A DNA stretch of 64,000 nt from Lama guanicoe (lineage: Eukaryota), in contig MU057347.1 in assembly GCA_013239625.1 (NCBI GenBank), positions 1,203,459 to 1,267,458 of the forward strand, written 5' to 3'. Of this stretch, positions 37,831-50,603 are shown piece after piece (the stretch's first letter is position 1; the number at the start of each line of letters is the position of its first letter). A program made the translations under genes and the position numbers. The notes beneath the pieces were generated by a model, which worked only from the letters and a program-made list of their open reading frames with translations, was not told the DNA's origin and ran no database searches.

Positions 37831-37949
37831 CCGATTCCCATTTAACCACCAAGCTATAGCGCCTCCCCATCGCATCCACACCCATTATAGTTCCGGAGGC
37901 TTCCCAACCGCTCTGGGAGACAAAACAGTCACACTGGTGGCTGGCATCA

Positions 37950-38140
37950 TAGTGCACTTAATGTGTGCACTACCTCTTCACTTTCCCAGCAGCCCGGGGA
38001 GGTTTATTACCCCCATCTTACAGGTGAGGAAACCAAGGTACAGAAAGCTGAAGCAACTTGCCCACAGTCATGGAGAACAAAGTGGTGGAGCTGGGATTCA
38101 AACCCAGGCAATCAGACTCCAGGATCCATGCTTTTGGCTA
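37950..38140 (-). mobile_element. MIR SINE
   Basis: ccccatcttacaggtgaggaaaccaagg...aagcaacttgccc...gagctgggattcaaacccaggc. Confidence 0.8.
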
Positions 38141-41100
38141 CTGAGAACTGTTAACTCCACCCCCCAGGTTCCCGGTGGCTGTAATCCAGCCCTGGTCTTC
38201 TCCTTTCACTGTTCAGACAACCCACATCCTGTCCCAGCAACAGTAAAGGGCTGCCTCTCTTAGCCATACCTGAGAAATCGAAGTTCTAGGCCTAAAGCCA
38301 CTGCCATGTTCCTTATTTCTGCCAGACCTCCCAGAAACCCTTGGTCTCAGCAAGAATAGCCACTTGGAAATCATTGTAGGCCAGCCTCTCCATTTCCCAG
38401 GTAGGGAAATAAAGACCACCAAGGTGAAAGGCTAGCCCAAGGAGATAGCCTTATGGAGCCTTTTGGGGAGGATTCAGTCCCTACAGACCCAACTATGCCT
38501 CCTGCCCCCCACCCCACAATCAGGCCTGGGGGGCATGCCAAGGAGGGGCAGGAAGTGCTGAGAAGCAGAGCAGGCTCCTGTCCCCAGTGGCGGCGGGTGT
38601 CTGGGGCAGGAGGAGGCTATCTGATCCCTTCCCCACTGCCCTGGCCATGACCTCCTCCCTCCCTCCATCTCTCCCTCCTCTCTCATGGCCAGGGTAGCCA
38701 GCACCCTGGGCTGCAGCTGAGAACCCAGCGTTCCCCAACCCAGGCTGCATTCCTGTGGGAGGAGGGGTGGGGGGAGGTTGGGCCAAAGGCTTTAGGGACA
38801 GGGGCACCCCTGGGGCTGCCCCACCCTGCCTGGGCCAAGGCCGGGCTGTCTCCAACCTCACCATTTCCTGCCTCCACTCTCCCCATCTCTCAGTAGCAGA
38901 GCTGCCTAAATTTGGCTCCAGGAGGGAATGGGGGAGGCGGCAGCAGGCGGGTGCTGTCAGAGGCCAGGGCGCAGCTCCCTGTCTAGCTGGCTGGCATTTT
39001 TGCTGTCTGGAGGAGGGCAAGGGGGCCCAGCAGCCCTCTCTGGGAAAGGGAGATTCGTACCTTCTGACATGCACTGAGTAATGTGCAAACGACATGCAAA
39101 CCAAGCTTCAAATCAGCATCTCAGCCAGAGAACAGCTTGGGTGCTGCTTTTGGGATGAGAACAGAAGAACTGGTGGCCAACTCCCCAGGGGCCCCAGTGG
39201 GGATGGGGGTAGGTACAGGCTATCAAGGGCTGGGAGTTGGGAGACTCTGTTTCTTGCCAGGTAGAGCCTTTGGGCTTCAGATCAGCAGCTGAACCCTCTG
39301 GATCCCAGCCTGAGGGCAGGGCCATGGCTTTCTCTGCCACTCTGGCATAGTGCTTGGCACATGCTATCATGTGATCGAGCACGTGAGTTTGCAGCCACCC
39401 TGTCCAGGTTTGAACCCTGGCTCTCCACTGGCCAACTTGTGAGTTCCTCAACAGCGTACTCAGGCAAATAGCTCGTGTGATTGACGTCCCTTTTAGGACT
39501 TCCCTTCCCTACAAGGTGGGCACAGGAGCATCGCCCAAAAGAACACAGGGTTTGGAATCAGACCTGGATTCCAGGTCTGGCTTAGCCAGCGAGGCTCTGT
39601 GGCTCTCACTCCCCTCCTCTAGGAAATGAGTTCAGGATCTCAAGGTCAAGGATGTCCACGGGAGGGCCTGGCATGCCGTGGGCACTCCAGAAGTCTTCCC
39701 ACTGATGCATCCATTCAACTACCTTCTCCATCCCAGTCCCATCTTCCCTCTCCTCTTTGCTCTGTCTTGGTTTTTCTCTTGTCTTGTAGATTTCTTGCAG
39801 TCTTCCCCCACCTCCCTACCCTGGCCTGTTCTCTCCACTTGTCTTAGTGACCTCGGGGAAGTCACTGCCTCTCAGAGTCTCAGTCTGCACATTTGTTGGG
39901 GGGTAATGGGATATGGGTGATGAGCTCTGTCTAGGGTCTAGGGCCCAGGAGGTACTTGATGGGTGGCAGCTCTTTTCATCCCAAGGCCCATTTACATCCC
40001 AAATGACCAGGAGGGGTGGGCTGTGCCCTCAGCTCTATCAGGTATGGAGTGTTGGGGCCCCGCTTCGGTAACTCTGTTTAACCCCAGATAACTACTCTCT
40101 TGCCCCTTGGCCGGGGCTGATATGAGCTGAATCCAGCTTCCTGCCACCCAAAAGCCACTTCCTGCCAAACTCGAGCTGATACCAGAAGAACTTGTTTTCT
40201 GTGCACAGAGCAGTCCTGGTAGGGCAGCCACCTGCCCGCCTCGGGTGTGAACATTTTTTCCATTTGCTGGGCAGTGGGGAGGATGGGGACTCTGCCCTCC
40301 TCACCTCTGAACCTGCCTGTCCTGTCCTACAGTAGCCTCCAGGCCTGCCAGCCACCCCAGGAAGGGTGCCAAGTGGCCCTCTGGGCCCAGACAGACGCGT
40401 GTAGGCAGCGATACACAGTCTGACACAGCCACACACACAGCCGGCTTGACAATCCCCACAGCCACCAGGCGTTTGGGTGAGGACTCTGGGAGCCAAGTGT
40501 GTGACCCTGTCAGACAATCACACATGCTCAGGATCCCACACAGGCAGATACACCCAGTCTCAGAGCCACTCACACACATGCACACGGAGCCCCATACACT
40601 TGTCCAACATCCCCCTTCCAGGTGTACTCACTAATTCAACAAATACTCTGTGCCAGGCTTCGGGCTAACCCGTAGTAAAAACTATTGGAAGAGTAATAGC
40701 TGACCTGTGCTGTTCTTAGTTTCCTTCTCTGTGAAATGGGGATAACAGCAATGTCCCATAGGGCTGTTGGGAGGATCAAGGAACTAATGCGTGCAAGGCC
40801 CCTGTCCCCGTCTGACCCATAGACAGCGCTGTATAAGTTAGGCTATCTTAGTTAGCCAGGAGCATCCTGTGCCTGGCTCTGCTGAGATCCTCCACACCTT
40901 ATCTCCCTGAGTCCTGGCCTAAGCCCCCAGTGCTTCAGGACCTCATTCCCATTTCCACCGATGAGGAAACTGAAATTCAGGGAAGAGGCCCACAGGTCCT
41001 CGGGGTGTCCCCACTGATCTGGTCTCCTGCCACATCAGTCTGCTGCCCCAGCCTGCCTCACTACCTGCCCCACCACACACACACTGTTGACTCTGCCTGA

Positions 41101-42379
41101 ACACCCTTGCCCCTTGCTCTTGGCATGACTGGCTCCTTCCGAGCTGCCTACTTCCCCAGCTCCTCCCCAAAGCCCATGGCAGCCCCTGTTCACTTCCTTC
41201 AGAACACCCATCACTTGAACGCTGGGCCCCCACTGGACTTTAAGGGCCAAGAGTTAGGACCATTTTGTCCCGTCCTCTGGCACACAGTAGGTGCTCAACA
41301 ACTTCAGAACCAAATGAATAAATGAAGCGGTCTGCTCCAAACAGCTACTGAGGACAGAGCCTGGAATCAAAGCCATGACATCCGGAGATGGAGCTCACTC
41401 CTATGCTGCCCTGATTCTCACACCGCCAGCAGGCACTTCATAACGTGTGAATGAAGGAATGAATGAATGAAACCAAGATTTGGGGATCCCAGTCCAGTGC
41501 TCTCTGGGCTAAACATTCACTTCCTAAACCTTCACTTCCTGGCAGCGTGGACATGAGCCAAGCTCCAGCCGCCTTGGATGGTGGCGGGGCTGACAGGCTG
41601 CCTGAAGCCGGCTGTCAGGAGCTCGTCTGGCCACAGCCGCCAGCAGGGGAGACCAGCTGGCGGTGCAGGGTCCATCGGCCCAGGCCTGGAATCTGAGCCG
41701 CCCTGAGAGGCCCAGCTTCTCTCCAGACCCCCACAAACTGGCCTTTGTTCCCCAGGCCGGCCAAGACCCAGCAGCTTGGGCTTTCTCTCTGCCTGCGGCA
41801 CCCGCGCTGAGCCGGCGGGGTAAATGGGCCAGCCTCCCCTCTGTCCGGGCCCNNNNNNNNNNNNNNNNNNNNNNNNNNNNNNNNNNNNNNNNNNNNNNNN
41901 NNNNNNNNNNNNNNNNNNNNNNNNNNNNNNNNNNNNNNNNNNNNNNNNNNNNNNNNNNNNNNNNNNNNNNNNNNNNNNNNNNNNNNNNNNNNNNNNNNNN
42001 NNNNNNNNNNNNNNNNNNNNNNNNNNNNNNNNNNNNNNNNNNNNNNNNNNNNNNNNTGGCCCCAAGTGGAGCCTCATGTTTATGGATCTGGTCTTTCCCT
42101 GAGGCTGTCTGGACAAGTAGGGGGTGGGCGGCATCGAGCCTGGGAGAGGGGCTATTCCAGACACGAAGGCTCTGGGGCAGCCAGGGCAGGGTCCCATGTC
42201 CACTGGCTTACCTGCTCCCTCATTCATTACATGACCGCTAACAGGTGCTGCCCAAGGGCTGGCTGCTATGCCAGGTGTTGAGGGCGCTGAGAGACAGAAA
42301 ACTCTCCCAGGCAGGTCGGAGGCAGGAGGGAACAGCGGCTAGCACAGCGTGAGGTTGGAAGGAGAGCATGACCCACAGC

Positions 42380-42590
42380 CAGATGGCACGGGTTCAAATC
42401 CTACCACACTCCTTACTAGCTTCCTGGGCTTCCGCAAGTTACTTAACCTCTCAGTACCTCTGTCCTGCCAGCCATAAAACAAGAGTTGTAGTAAAAGTTA
42501 CTGTGAGGAGATGACACCTGACAAGGGCTCAAGCCCAGCACCCGGCGTGTGCGGAACGTGCTGTCGGTAAGTTACTGCCGTTGTTCATTA
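42380..42590 (+). mobile_element. MIR SINE
   Basis: gggttcaaatcct...cttactagct...gcaagttacttaacctctcagtacctc. Confidence 0.7.
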
Positions 42591-42839
42591 AAAGCTCCAG
42601 TTCTGGTGTCAGACTTGCCAGGTGTGACCGTGGGCTTGTGACTTAACCTCTTTCAACGTCCACTGGCTTCTCTTTAAGGTGGGGCTCTGAGGAGCGCTGA
42701 CCCCACAGGGTTGCAGGGACCAAATGAGAGGCTGCAGGAAGCGCCTGGCACAGAGTTGGCGTTCGCTCAGCCAATGTTAGCTCTCAGTTACTCGGCCTTG
42801 AGGAGCTCGTCATTCAGTGATAATTACACTGTTAAGTGT

Positions 42840-43430
42840 TGGAGACAGAAAGGGAAGAAAGCTCACAGGAAGCCACGACAGAGCTATCTCTAGTGTGGGA
42901 TGATGCACCCAGAGGGGGCCTCGGGGAACAGGGTGCGGCTGCAGGCTGTGTTGAGGAAGGAAGGCTTCACAGAGGAGGTGACATCTGGGCTGGGCCTTGA
43001 ACGATGAGTGGCATTTTTGCCAACATAGGGCGGATCCCAGTGCCCGACACTGTGGCCAAAGTCACTGTAGACCCTGCAGCCGTGCCTCCTGAACACTTGC
43101 CTTGTTCCTGTGGGTGGGGCCAAGGTCCTGGAGATGCGGGCAGGTGGTCAGGAGGCCCTCCGGAAGGAGCAGTGTTGAGAGCTTCTAAGAAGGGAGACCA
43201 CCTGTGCGAAGGCCCGCAGGTGGGAAGGTGGCTGGCATCTCGGGCCTTGGTGAGTGGACAGCAGGCAAATTGCAGAACGTGGCCAGAGGGACTGGACAGG
43301 GGCTGCGGTTTTACTCACAGTGAAGTAGGCAGCACAGAGAGATTTTAAGCAGACGGGTGACCCCATTCACATTACATTTTTAAAGGATCCCTTGGTGGCT
43401 TGTGGACAATGGGCTACAGAGAGAAAGGGG
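42840..43430 (-). mobile_element. L2 fragment, antisense
   Basis: ggaaggcttcacagaggaggtgacatctgggctgggccttgaacgatgagt...ttttaagcag...ttttaaaggatcccttggtggct. Confidence 0.7.
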
Positions 43431-45289
43431 TTAGAGGGAGACCCTGGAGAAGCGGTTGGGTCACTAGGGGGAGGGAAGCAGTTGGATCCAAGAACTAGCA
43501 GGCGCTCAGTAACTGCTGGATGGATGATGGACAAGCAGAGCGGGTGAGGGGCTGGGCACAGCTGGTACAGAAGCAGGGTTGGTGAAAGACCACGAGAGAA
43601 GGGTGAGGACCGCCTCCCACCTCCCCTCACCAGGCTAGGGCTCTGGGGCATTTTCTTGAAGGCAGCAGGGAGCCAATAGGGTTTTTCTCCAAGCAGGGAA
43701 AGACCATGCTGGGATTTGTGCTAAGGAAAGATCATTCTGGCTGCAGGGTGGAAGGGTGGGAGGTGGCGGGTGGGCGAGGCTGGAGGGAAGGAGGCAAGGG
43801 AGGGAGAGGGGTTGGTGGGGGCTCAGAGGCATCCTGGCCATCACCAATGCCCAGAGCAACAAACTCCCTCTTCAGTGAGGTCTAAAACCTAGTCCTGGGT
43901 CACAGAGTCATCAAGGCAGAGCTGGGATCTGACCCCAGGGCAAATGCAAAGCCCAGAGCTCTGTTCCCCTTTGGCATCATCTGCCTTGGTTGCTAGTAAA
44001 ATCCATCATGAATAGCTGAACTGTGCTTCATTGTAACTATCAGCTCTGGAAGCTTTACTAGGAGCCCAGGAGATGGGCGCTGTGTCATTCCCATTTTACA
44101 GAAGAGGAAGCCAAAGCTCTGAGAGGCTGAGTCACTCTTCTAAGGACACAGAGCTGGGAACTGAGATCCAGGCTCAGACCCAGGCAGTCTGACCCCAGAC
44201 CCATACACTGGAGGTCCTAACCTGTATTTTGGGGGGTATGCAGAGGTTTATTACATTTTGAATTTATTGCTAATACTTAAAAGTTGGGAAATTTCATGGA
44301 AGAGGAAAACCTGAACTTTGTACAGAACCTCCTGATGTTGGCAGCCCCAGGACCTAGCCCTTGAACCTCACCCACCTAGTTGCCCCCAGGTTTACACCTC
44401 CAGCTGGGCCTCTCTGCTGCCTCTAGTCAGCCGACTGGACATATGTGAAAGCAAGTGTGTGTCTAGGGCCTCACTGGAGGGCCAGGGAAAGGCATCCATC
44501 TATCCAAGCAGCAAGCACTTGGACCACTACCACCTCCTCCGCCGGCCATCATCACCGAATCTCCTCCACCAGAAGCCTTCTCCATCTCCACTTACTCAGG
44601 CCAAACACCCAGGAATCATCCGTGATTCTTCCCTCTTTCTCTCACATCCCCCGACACCCATCCCATCCGTTAGCAAATCCTGTTGGCTCCCCCTTAAACT
44701 TTATCCAGAATCCAACCACATTCCACTACTTCCCCTGCTTCTGGCCTCCTGTCCCAGGACCTGCAGAGACATCAGGGAGAGGCATGTGCTCGCACTGACA
44801 GCCCTGGGACCCTCCTCCCTGGGTCTCAGTTTCTTCATCTGTAGGAAGGGTGGGATACAGGAGGTCATTTTGATTCCCATTATCCTTTTGCCCAGATTCT
44901 GGAGCTGGGAAGAGCCTGGTTCACAAGACACTCTATGTTAAAATCCTAATTCCTTTCTGGCTCTGGCAGAACACAGGAGGGACAAAGGAGAGAGTGTCGG
45001 TGTCTGAGACAATGACTATCTTGACTTTCAACACCCTGAGGGCAGGTCAGGAGCTCCGTGGGGTGGAGGTTGTCTTGCTCACCACTGACTGGATCCCCAA
45101 TATCTACTGGAGCCTAGTACAGAGTAGGTGCTCAGGAAACATATGTTGAATGAATAAATTAATGAATGAAACTTCCTGGTTCTCCAGAGAGACCCTGGGC
45201 ATTCACTCACTTTCAGAAGGCCTTGATTTTCCCATCTGAGAAATAGGTAGAGTAACCTAATGTCACTGCCTTCCTTCTCTGCAACGACT

Positions 45290-45500
45290 AACATATATTG
45301 AGTGCTTACTATGTGCCAGACACATAGTAACTCATTTACTCTTCATTGTAATCCCAGGAAGTAGGAACAACTCCCTTTTATGGTTGAGGAAACTGAGGCC
45401 CAGAGAGGTTAAGTGACATGACCAAGGTCACACAGCCCATAAATGGCTGAGCCAGAGACCAACCTAGTCAGCTTGGCCCTAGAGCTCTCATTCTTAAACA
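45290..45500 (-). mobile_element. MIR SINE
   Basis: tattgagtgcttactatgtgccag...gaggaaactgaggcccagagaggttaagtgacatgaccaaggtcacacagc. Confidence 0.85.
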
Positions 45501-46574
45501 TTACCCCCAAAGAAGACAGGAGGTTTGGGGAAGCCTGCTCCAAGGAGGCAACTCAAATTGTAGATGGGGATATGCTGAACCAGGATGCGAACTCAACAAC
45601 CCTTTCATGGCTCCTATTTAAAACCAGTCCAATGATACCCAAATGCCCACATCTGGGCTCGAGACCCCTGGAATAGCTGCATCTTCTCCTTCCATAGGCC
45701 CAGTGCAAACTTGCAACTCCAGCCACCCCAGCTGCTTCTCTTCCCCATCAGCCTTGGGGCCATCCCGCTTCTGCACCTGGACACACACTGTCCCCTCTGT
45801 GTAGAATGCCACCACCTGGCTCCTGAGCCATCCCTCCTCCAAGTTTCATTCAAATGTCCTTCTCTCTCCGTCCTCCCTTCGAAGACTTCACTGACCCCCA
45901 GCCATATTTCTTGGTTTGACTTCCTGTAGCATTTTGGCAGCAAGGATAATACAGTTTAGCATGTCTCCATATGCCAGTAGGTATTATTAACAATGCCATT
46001 TTACAGATGAGAAAATTGAGGCACCAAGAGGAGAAGTAAGCCACCCATAGTGACATGGATGGAGTCAAGATTGAGCCAATGTTTGCCTGACCCAAATCTA
46101 GATCTCCAAGCCCTGAGTCAGACCACATTTCCCTAAGTGCATCTCTGAGTCTTAGCTGCCTTACTAGCAGGGATGCAGCCTGAGGGCAGAGGCCCCTTCT
46201 CACCAACCTTGGCACCCTCATTCTGAGCACAGTGCCAGGCATACAGTAGGTGCTCATTCGAGATTCCCTAGTGACTGAACAGCCTTTGCCTTCTGCGTGA
46301 GTAAGTGCGGTCTTAGATTTTCTGGGTACTACATACTGAATCTGCATTCTTCCAGGAGTTATTTTGGAAGGGGTCCGAGGCACTCTGAAGGCACAGGGGT
46401 GGGACAGGATGGTGGAAAGTGAGCAGGGTCAGGAGTCAGACAGACCATGTGACCTTAGATCACTGTAGGGTGAGGGTTTTAATTCTAACCTTCAGGGTCA
46501 TGGTGAGAATACACACAGTGCCAGTATAGTAAGTGTTCAATACAAGGTAACCATGACTACTAATTAACGATTCA

Positions 46575-48245
46575 TATTCTAGACATTGCTGCTGGGGAGT
46601 GGAAGGCAATCTGGCATCATCTATTAAGGACCAAAAGCCTATGGACCCAGCAATTCTACTCCTCGGTATAAACTCACGTGTGTCTGAAATGGCCATCTAC
46701 ATTCAAGGATGTTCACTGAGGTCTGGTTGTGAGAGAAAAATGCTGGCAACAACCTAAATGTCCATCCGCAGAGAACTAGGTAAATAAATTGTGGTACATC
46801 CATAAAATCAAATACTACACAGCTATAAAAAAGAATGAGAAAGTTCTTTATGTCCTGACATACTTATGCACTGACAGCACTCAGATTTACTGTCTAATGG
46901 AAAAACAACTTGAAGAATGTAGGAGCGAAAACTATAAAACCCTTAGAAGAAAGCATAGGGATAAATCTTTGTGACCTGGGATTAGGCCATGGCTAGAGAT
47001 GACACCAAAAAGCAAGGAACAAAAGAAAAATTAGACAAACCGGGCATCATCAAAATTTGAAACTTTTGTGCTACAATGGACATCCCTCAAGGAGGTAAAA
47101 AGACATCCCGCAGGCTGGAAGTAAATAATGGACAATCATTTGTCTGATAAGGGACTTGCATCTAGATATACAAGCAGCCAATAAGCACAAGAAAAGATGC
47201 CCCACATCATTTGCCATCAGGGAAATGCAAATCAAAACCACAACCAGGTACTATTTCACACTCACCAGCATGGCTCTAAGCGCAATGACAGATAATAATA
47301 AGCGTTGATTAGGATGTAGGGAAATAGGAAGCCTCCTACACTGCTGGCAGGATTGTAAAACGGAGCAAAGATTTTGGAAAACAGTCTGGCAGTTCCTCAA
47401 CAGGTTAGACAAAGAATTACCACATGACCCAGCAATTCCGCTCTGAGGGAAAAGAGGACTGATAACTTGTACATGACACAAAAACTTGTACATGACCATT
47501 CACAGCAGCATTATTCGTAACAGCCAAAAAGTAGAAACAACCCAAATGTCCATCAACTGTTGAACAGATAAGTAAAATGTGGCACATCTATACAATGGAA
47601 TGTTATTCGGAAAGAAAAAGGAATGAAGGACATGCATGAACAAATCTTGAAAAAATTATTCTAAGTGAAAGAAGTCAGGCACAAAAGACCACACATTGTA
47701 TGATTCCATTTATAGGAAATCTCCAGAGAAGAAAAATCTCCAGAGAAGGCAGTGGTTTCCTAGGGCTGAGTAAAGAGGTTGGGGGAAACAGAGAGTGACT
47801 GCTCTTAGGTACGGGGTTTCTTTTTGGGGTGATGAAAATATTCTAAAAATTGATTGCAGTGATGCTCGCACAATTCTGAATATACCAAAAAAAAAAAAAA
47901 CACTGAGTTGTATTTTAAATGGGTGAACTGCATGGTATGTGAATTATATCTCAATAAAGCTATTATAAGAATAAAAAGCAACCTACAGAACAGTGTACAA
48001 CATATTTTGTGTAAAAATAGAAACAAACCCCAGAAATACATGTGCATATGTGCTTATACATATGTATAAAACATCTCTGGAAAGATACCCGAGAAATAAC
48101 AGTGGTTGCCCCTGGGGAGGGGAACTGGGTGGCCAACAGGCAGAGCTAGGAGGGAGACTATTTTTCCGCTGTACGTTGGTACCTGACGAATTGTTGTTTT
48201 TTTAAAATAATGAGATTCTATTACCTTTTCAAAATGTTATACTTT
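46575..48245 (+). mobile_element. L1ME-type element split by a nested L1MB
   Basis: gacccagcaattctactcct...caacctaaatgtccatc before 46915; resumes cagtgtacaa...tctggaaagatac...aacagtggttgccc after 47970. Confidence 0.7.
46916..47972 (+). mobile_element. L1MB7/8-like ORF2 end + 3'UTR, nested insertion
   Basis: aaaactataaaacccttagaagaaa...gaaatgcaaatcaaaaccaca...tatgtgaattatatctcaataaagct; degenerate flanking duplication aaaaacaacttgaagaa / aaaagcaacctacagaa. Confidence 0.85.
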
Positions 48246-48344
48246 AGAAAAACCAAACCAGTGGTTTATTACTGGCCCTCAGCCAGAGGATGGGTTGGGC
48301 AAGGCAGCTCTGAAACACAGGAGATGGATGGAGAAACCCAACTT

Positions 48345-49005
48345 TTCAGTTTTCCAAGCCTTGCTAACATCCATCATCTCTTTTATTCCTCACACAAGCC
48401 CTGCCAGAAGGTTTCAGCACAAGCCCAGTTTCACCAGCAAATCCTGCAGCTTCCTTCAAAACAGGTTTAGATTCTGCCCACTTCTCACCCTCCTCGGGCA
48501 TCGTTCTGGCCCAGGCTGCCACCCCCTTCCTTGTGGCTCACCTGGGTCATGGTACCAGCCTTCTCCCAGCTTACACTCTCTCCAGTCTATGCTCCACACA
48601 GATCTCCCTGGCCTCCCACCATCTGCCCCCACTGCCTGGGCTGCAGCCCACTGGCCTCCTCACTGTTCCTGCCTCAGGGACTTTGCACTTGCCTTGCTCC
48701 CAACCTATACTCTCCCACCAGATATCCACCTGGAGGCTTTCTTACCTCTAATAGTTCTCTGCTCCACTGTTTCCTCATAAAGAGGCCTTCCAGACCTCCC
48801 TATCTCAGATAGCAGCCACCAGCCTTATCTTCTTTCCCTGCTTTATTTTCCTGTATAGTACTGACATATTTAATATTTACATTTATTTGTCTGTGATCTG
48901 TCTCCCCACCCCCAAATACAGGCTCCATGAAAGGCAGGATTCTGTTTCTTTCCCTAGCACCAAGAACAATGCACATCGCAGGAGCTCAGAAATATTTGTC
49001 GAAAC
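48345..49005 (+). mobile_element. L2 LINE 3' region
   Basis: cactggcctcctcactgttcctgcctcagggactttgcacttgc...agaggccttccagacc...aaatatttgtcgaa. Confidence 0.75.
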
Positions 49006-49017
49006 ACAACTCAGTCC

Positions 49018-49330
49018 TAAGAAACTGTCATAGGCCAGAGGAGGTTACAGAGGGATGAGGACGAAATGTAGAGTGGTCTCTTGATTGAGATCCTGAAACA
49101 GAAAACAAACATTAGGGAAAAACCAGTGAAACCTAGGAGAAAAAAAAAAGCGTAAGCTTAGTTAATAGTGATGTATCCGTATTGGTTTCTTAATTGTAAC
49201 AAACATACTATAATAGTGTCAAATGATAACAATAGGGGAAACTGGGTGAGGGACATATGGGAACTCTCTTTGCCACTTTTCTGGAAATCTAAAATTGCTC
49301 TAAAATAAACCATTTATTTAAATTTTAAAA
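49018..49330 (+). mobile_element. L1MC/MD-type 3' end
   Basis: gaaactgtcataggccagaggag...ttagttaatagt.atgtatc...aataggggaaactgggtgaggg.catatgggaactctct...aaatctaaaatt. Confidence 0.75.
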
Positions 49331-50187
49331 ATACACTGAATGAAAGCACACATGTGCAAACTGAGGCTCAAAGGCGAAAGCAATTGCCACAGGCTGCACA
49401 GCTAATGAAAAGCAGTGGCTCATGGGCAGACGTCCCCCAAGAGAAGGAGGCCCCTGTCGCTGGAGAGCCATTTTATTTTGCAATGAGAGGCAATGTTACA
49501 TTGTGTGAGGGTGGAGGTTTTCTTTCCAAATATCACTGGAGGCTCAGACATTTTACTGAGGATCCACGCCTGGCCCTGTAGAGCTCAAACACCAAGCACA
49601 TTCTCCCAGCAACTCCTCAGGAAATTATCCTTTTCTCCTTGGCTCCCAGGAGGCCCAAATGGCCTCTCCAACTCATAATACTGTTTGTCAAGGGTTCTTG
49701 GCTTATAGCTCAGCATCTCAAACAGGAGCATACAAATCAGGTTGGGGACAAGGAGGGGGCTAAGGGAGACAAAAGGGGGCCCAGACGGGAAGAGAAAAGG
49801 GACAACACTTCTTGAGCACCTATGAAGAGCTGGTGCCAGCCAAGACATTTTAGGCCCACGTGACTCCATTCCAGCCTCCCAGCCCCGCAAGGCAGTTTTG
49901 GTTACTCCTATTTTACTGATGAGGAAACCGATGACTGGAAAAGGATGCAGTTACAGAGCGATGAAGCAAACACACTAGGATTCGACCTCCTGGGCCTCAT
50001 CTCAAACCCCTCTCCTCACCTGCCCTCCAGCCACGCCAGCTTCTCTCAGAACCACATCTGTGCCATGAGCTCCCTCCTGCAACCTGGTCTTTGCCTGTGC
50101 TGTGCTCTCTGCCTGAAACACCCTTTCTTCCCTGTTACTACGTTAACTTCCATTTGACGTTTAGGCCTCAGGGCAGGTATAACTGCC

Positions 50188-50603
50188 TCTTATGGGCTGA
50201 ACTGTGTCCCCTGCACCCCATCCCCCACCACACTCCTCCCCACGGCAAATTCCTATGTTGAAGCCTTAACTCAGAATGTGATTGTATTTGGAGACAGGGT
50301 CTTAAAAGAAGTAGTTAAGTTAAATGAGGTTATTGGGGTGGGCCCTAATCCAAGATGGCTGGTGTCCTTATAAGAAGAGGACGTCGGGACACAGAGACAC
50401 ACAGAGGAAGGCACTTGTGAAGACTCAGGGAGAAGACAGCCATCTGCAAGCCAAGGAGGAGGGAGGCCTCGGAAGAATCCCACCCTGCTGACACCTTGAC
50501 ATTGGACTTGTAGCCTCCAGAATTGTGAGGAAAGTAACCTCTGTGGTTTAAGACCCCCTCGGTCTGTGGTACTTTGCTTTAGCAGCCCTAGCAAATGAAC
50601 AGA
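50188..50603 (+). mobile_element. MLT1B-like MaLR solo LTR with 5-bp TSD (CTGCC), inserted in an L2
   Basis: tatgggctgaactgtgtcccc...gtatttggagacagggtc...gggccctaatcc...ccttataagaagagg...gctgacaccttga...gcagccctagcaaa; ctgcc at 50183-50187 and 50604-50608. Confidence 0.88.

Noticed and set aside
36789-37859. 356-aa and 277-aa ORFs over the CpG island
   Set aside because: Stop-codon scarcity in GC-rich DNA plus a 220-N gap inflates their length; Arg/Gly/Pro-biased with no homology.
47717-47750. Short tandem duplication aaatctccagagaag
   Set aside because: Ordinary slippage inside a dead L1.
46575-48245. Possible active L1 or intact reverse transcriptase
   Set aside because: Only the ORF2 C-terminal remnant and 3'UTR are present, with stops and deletions.
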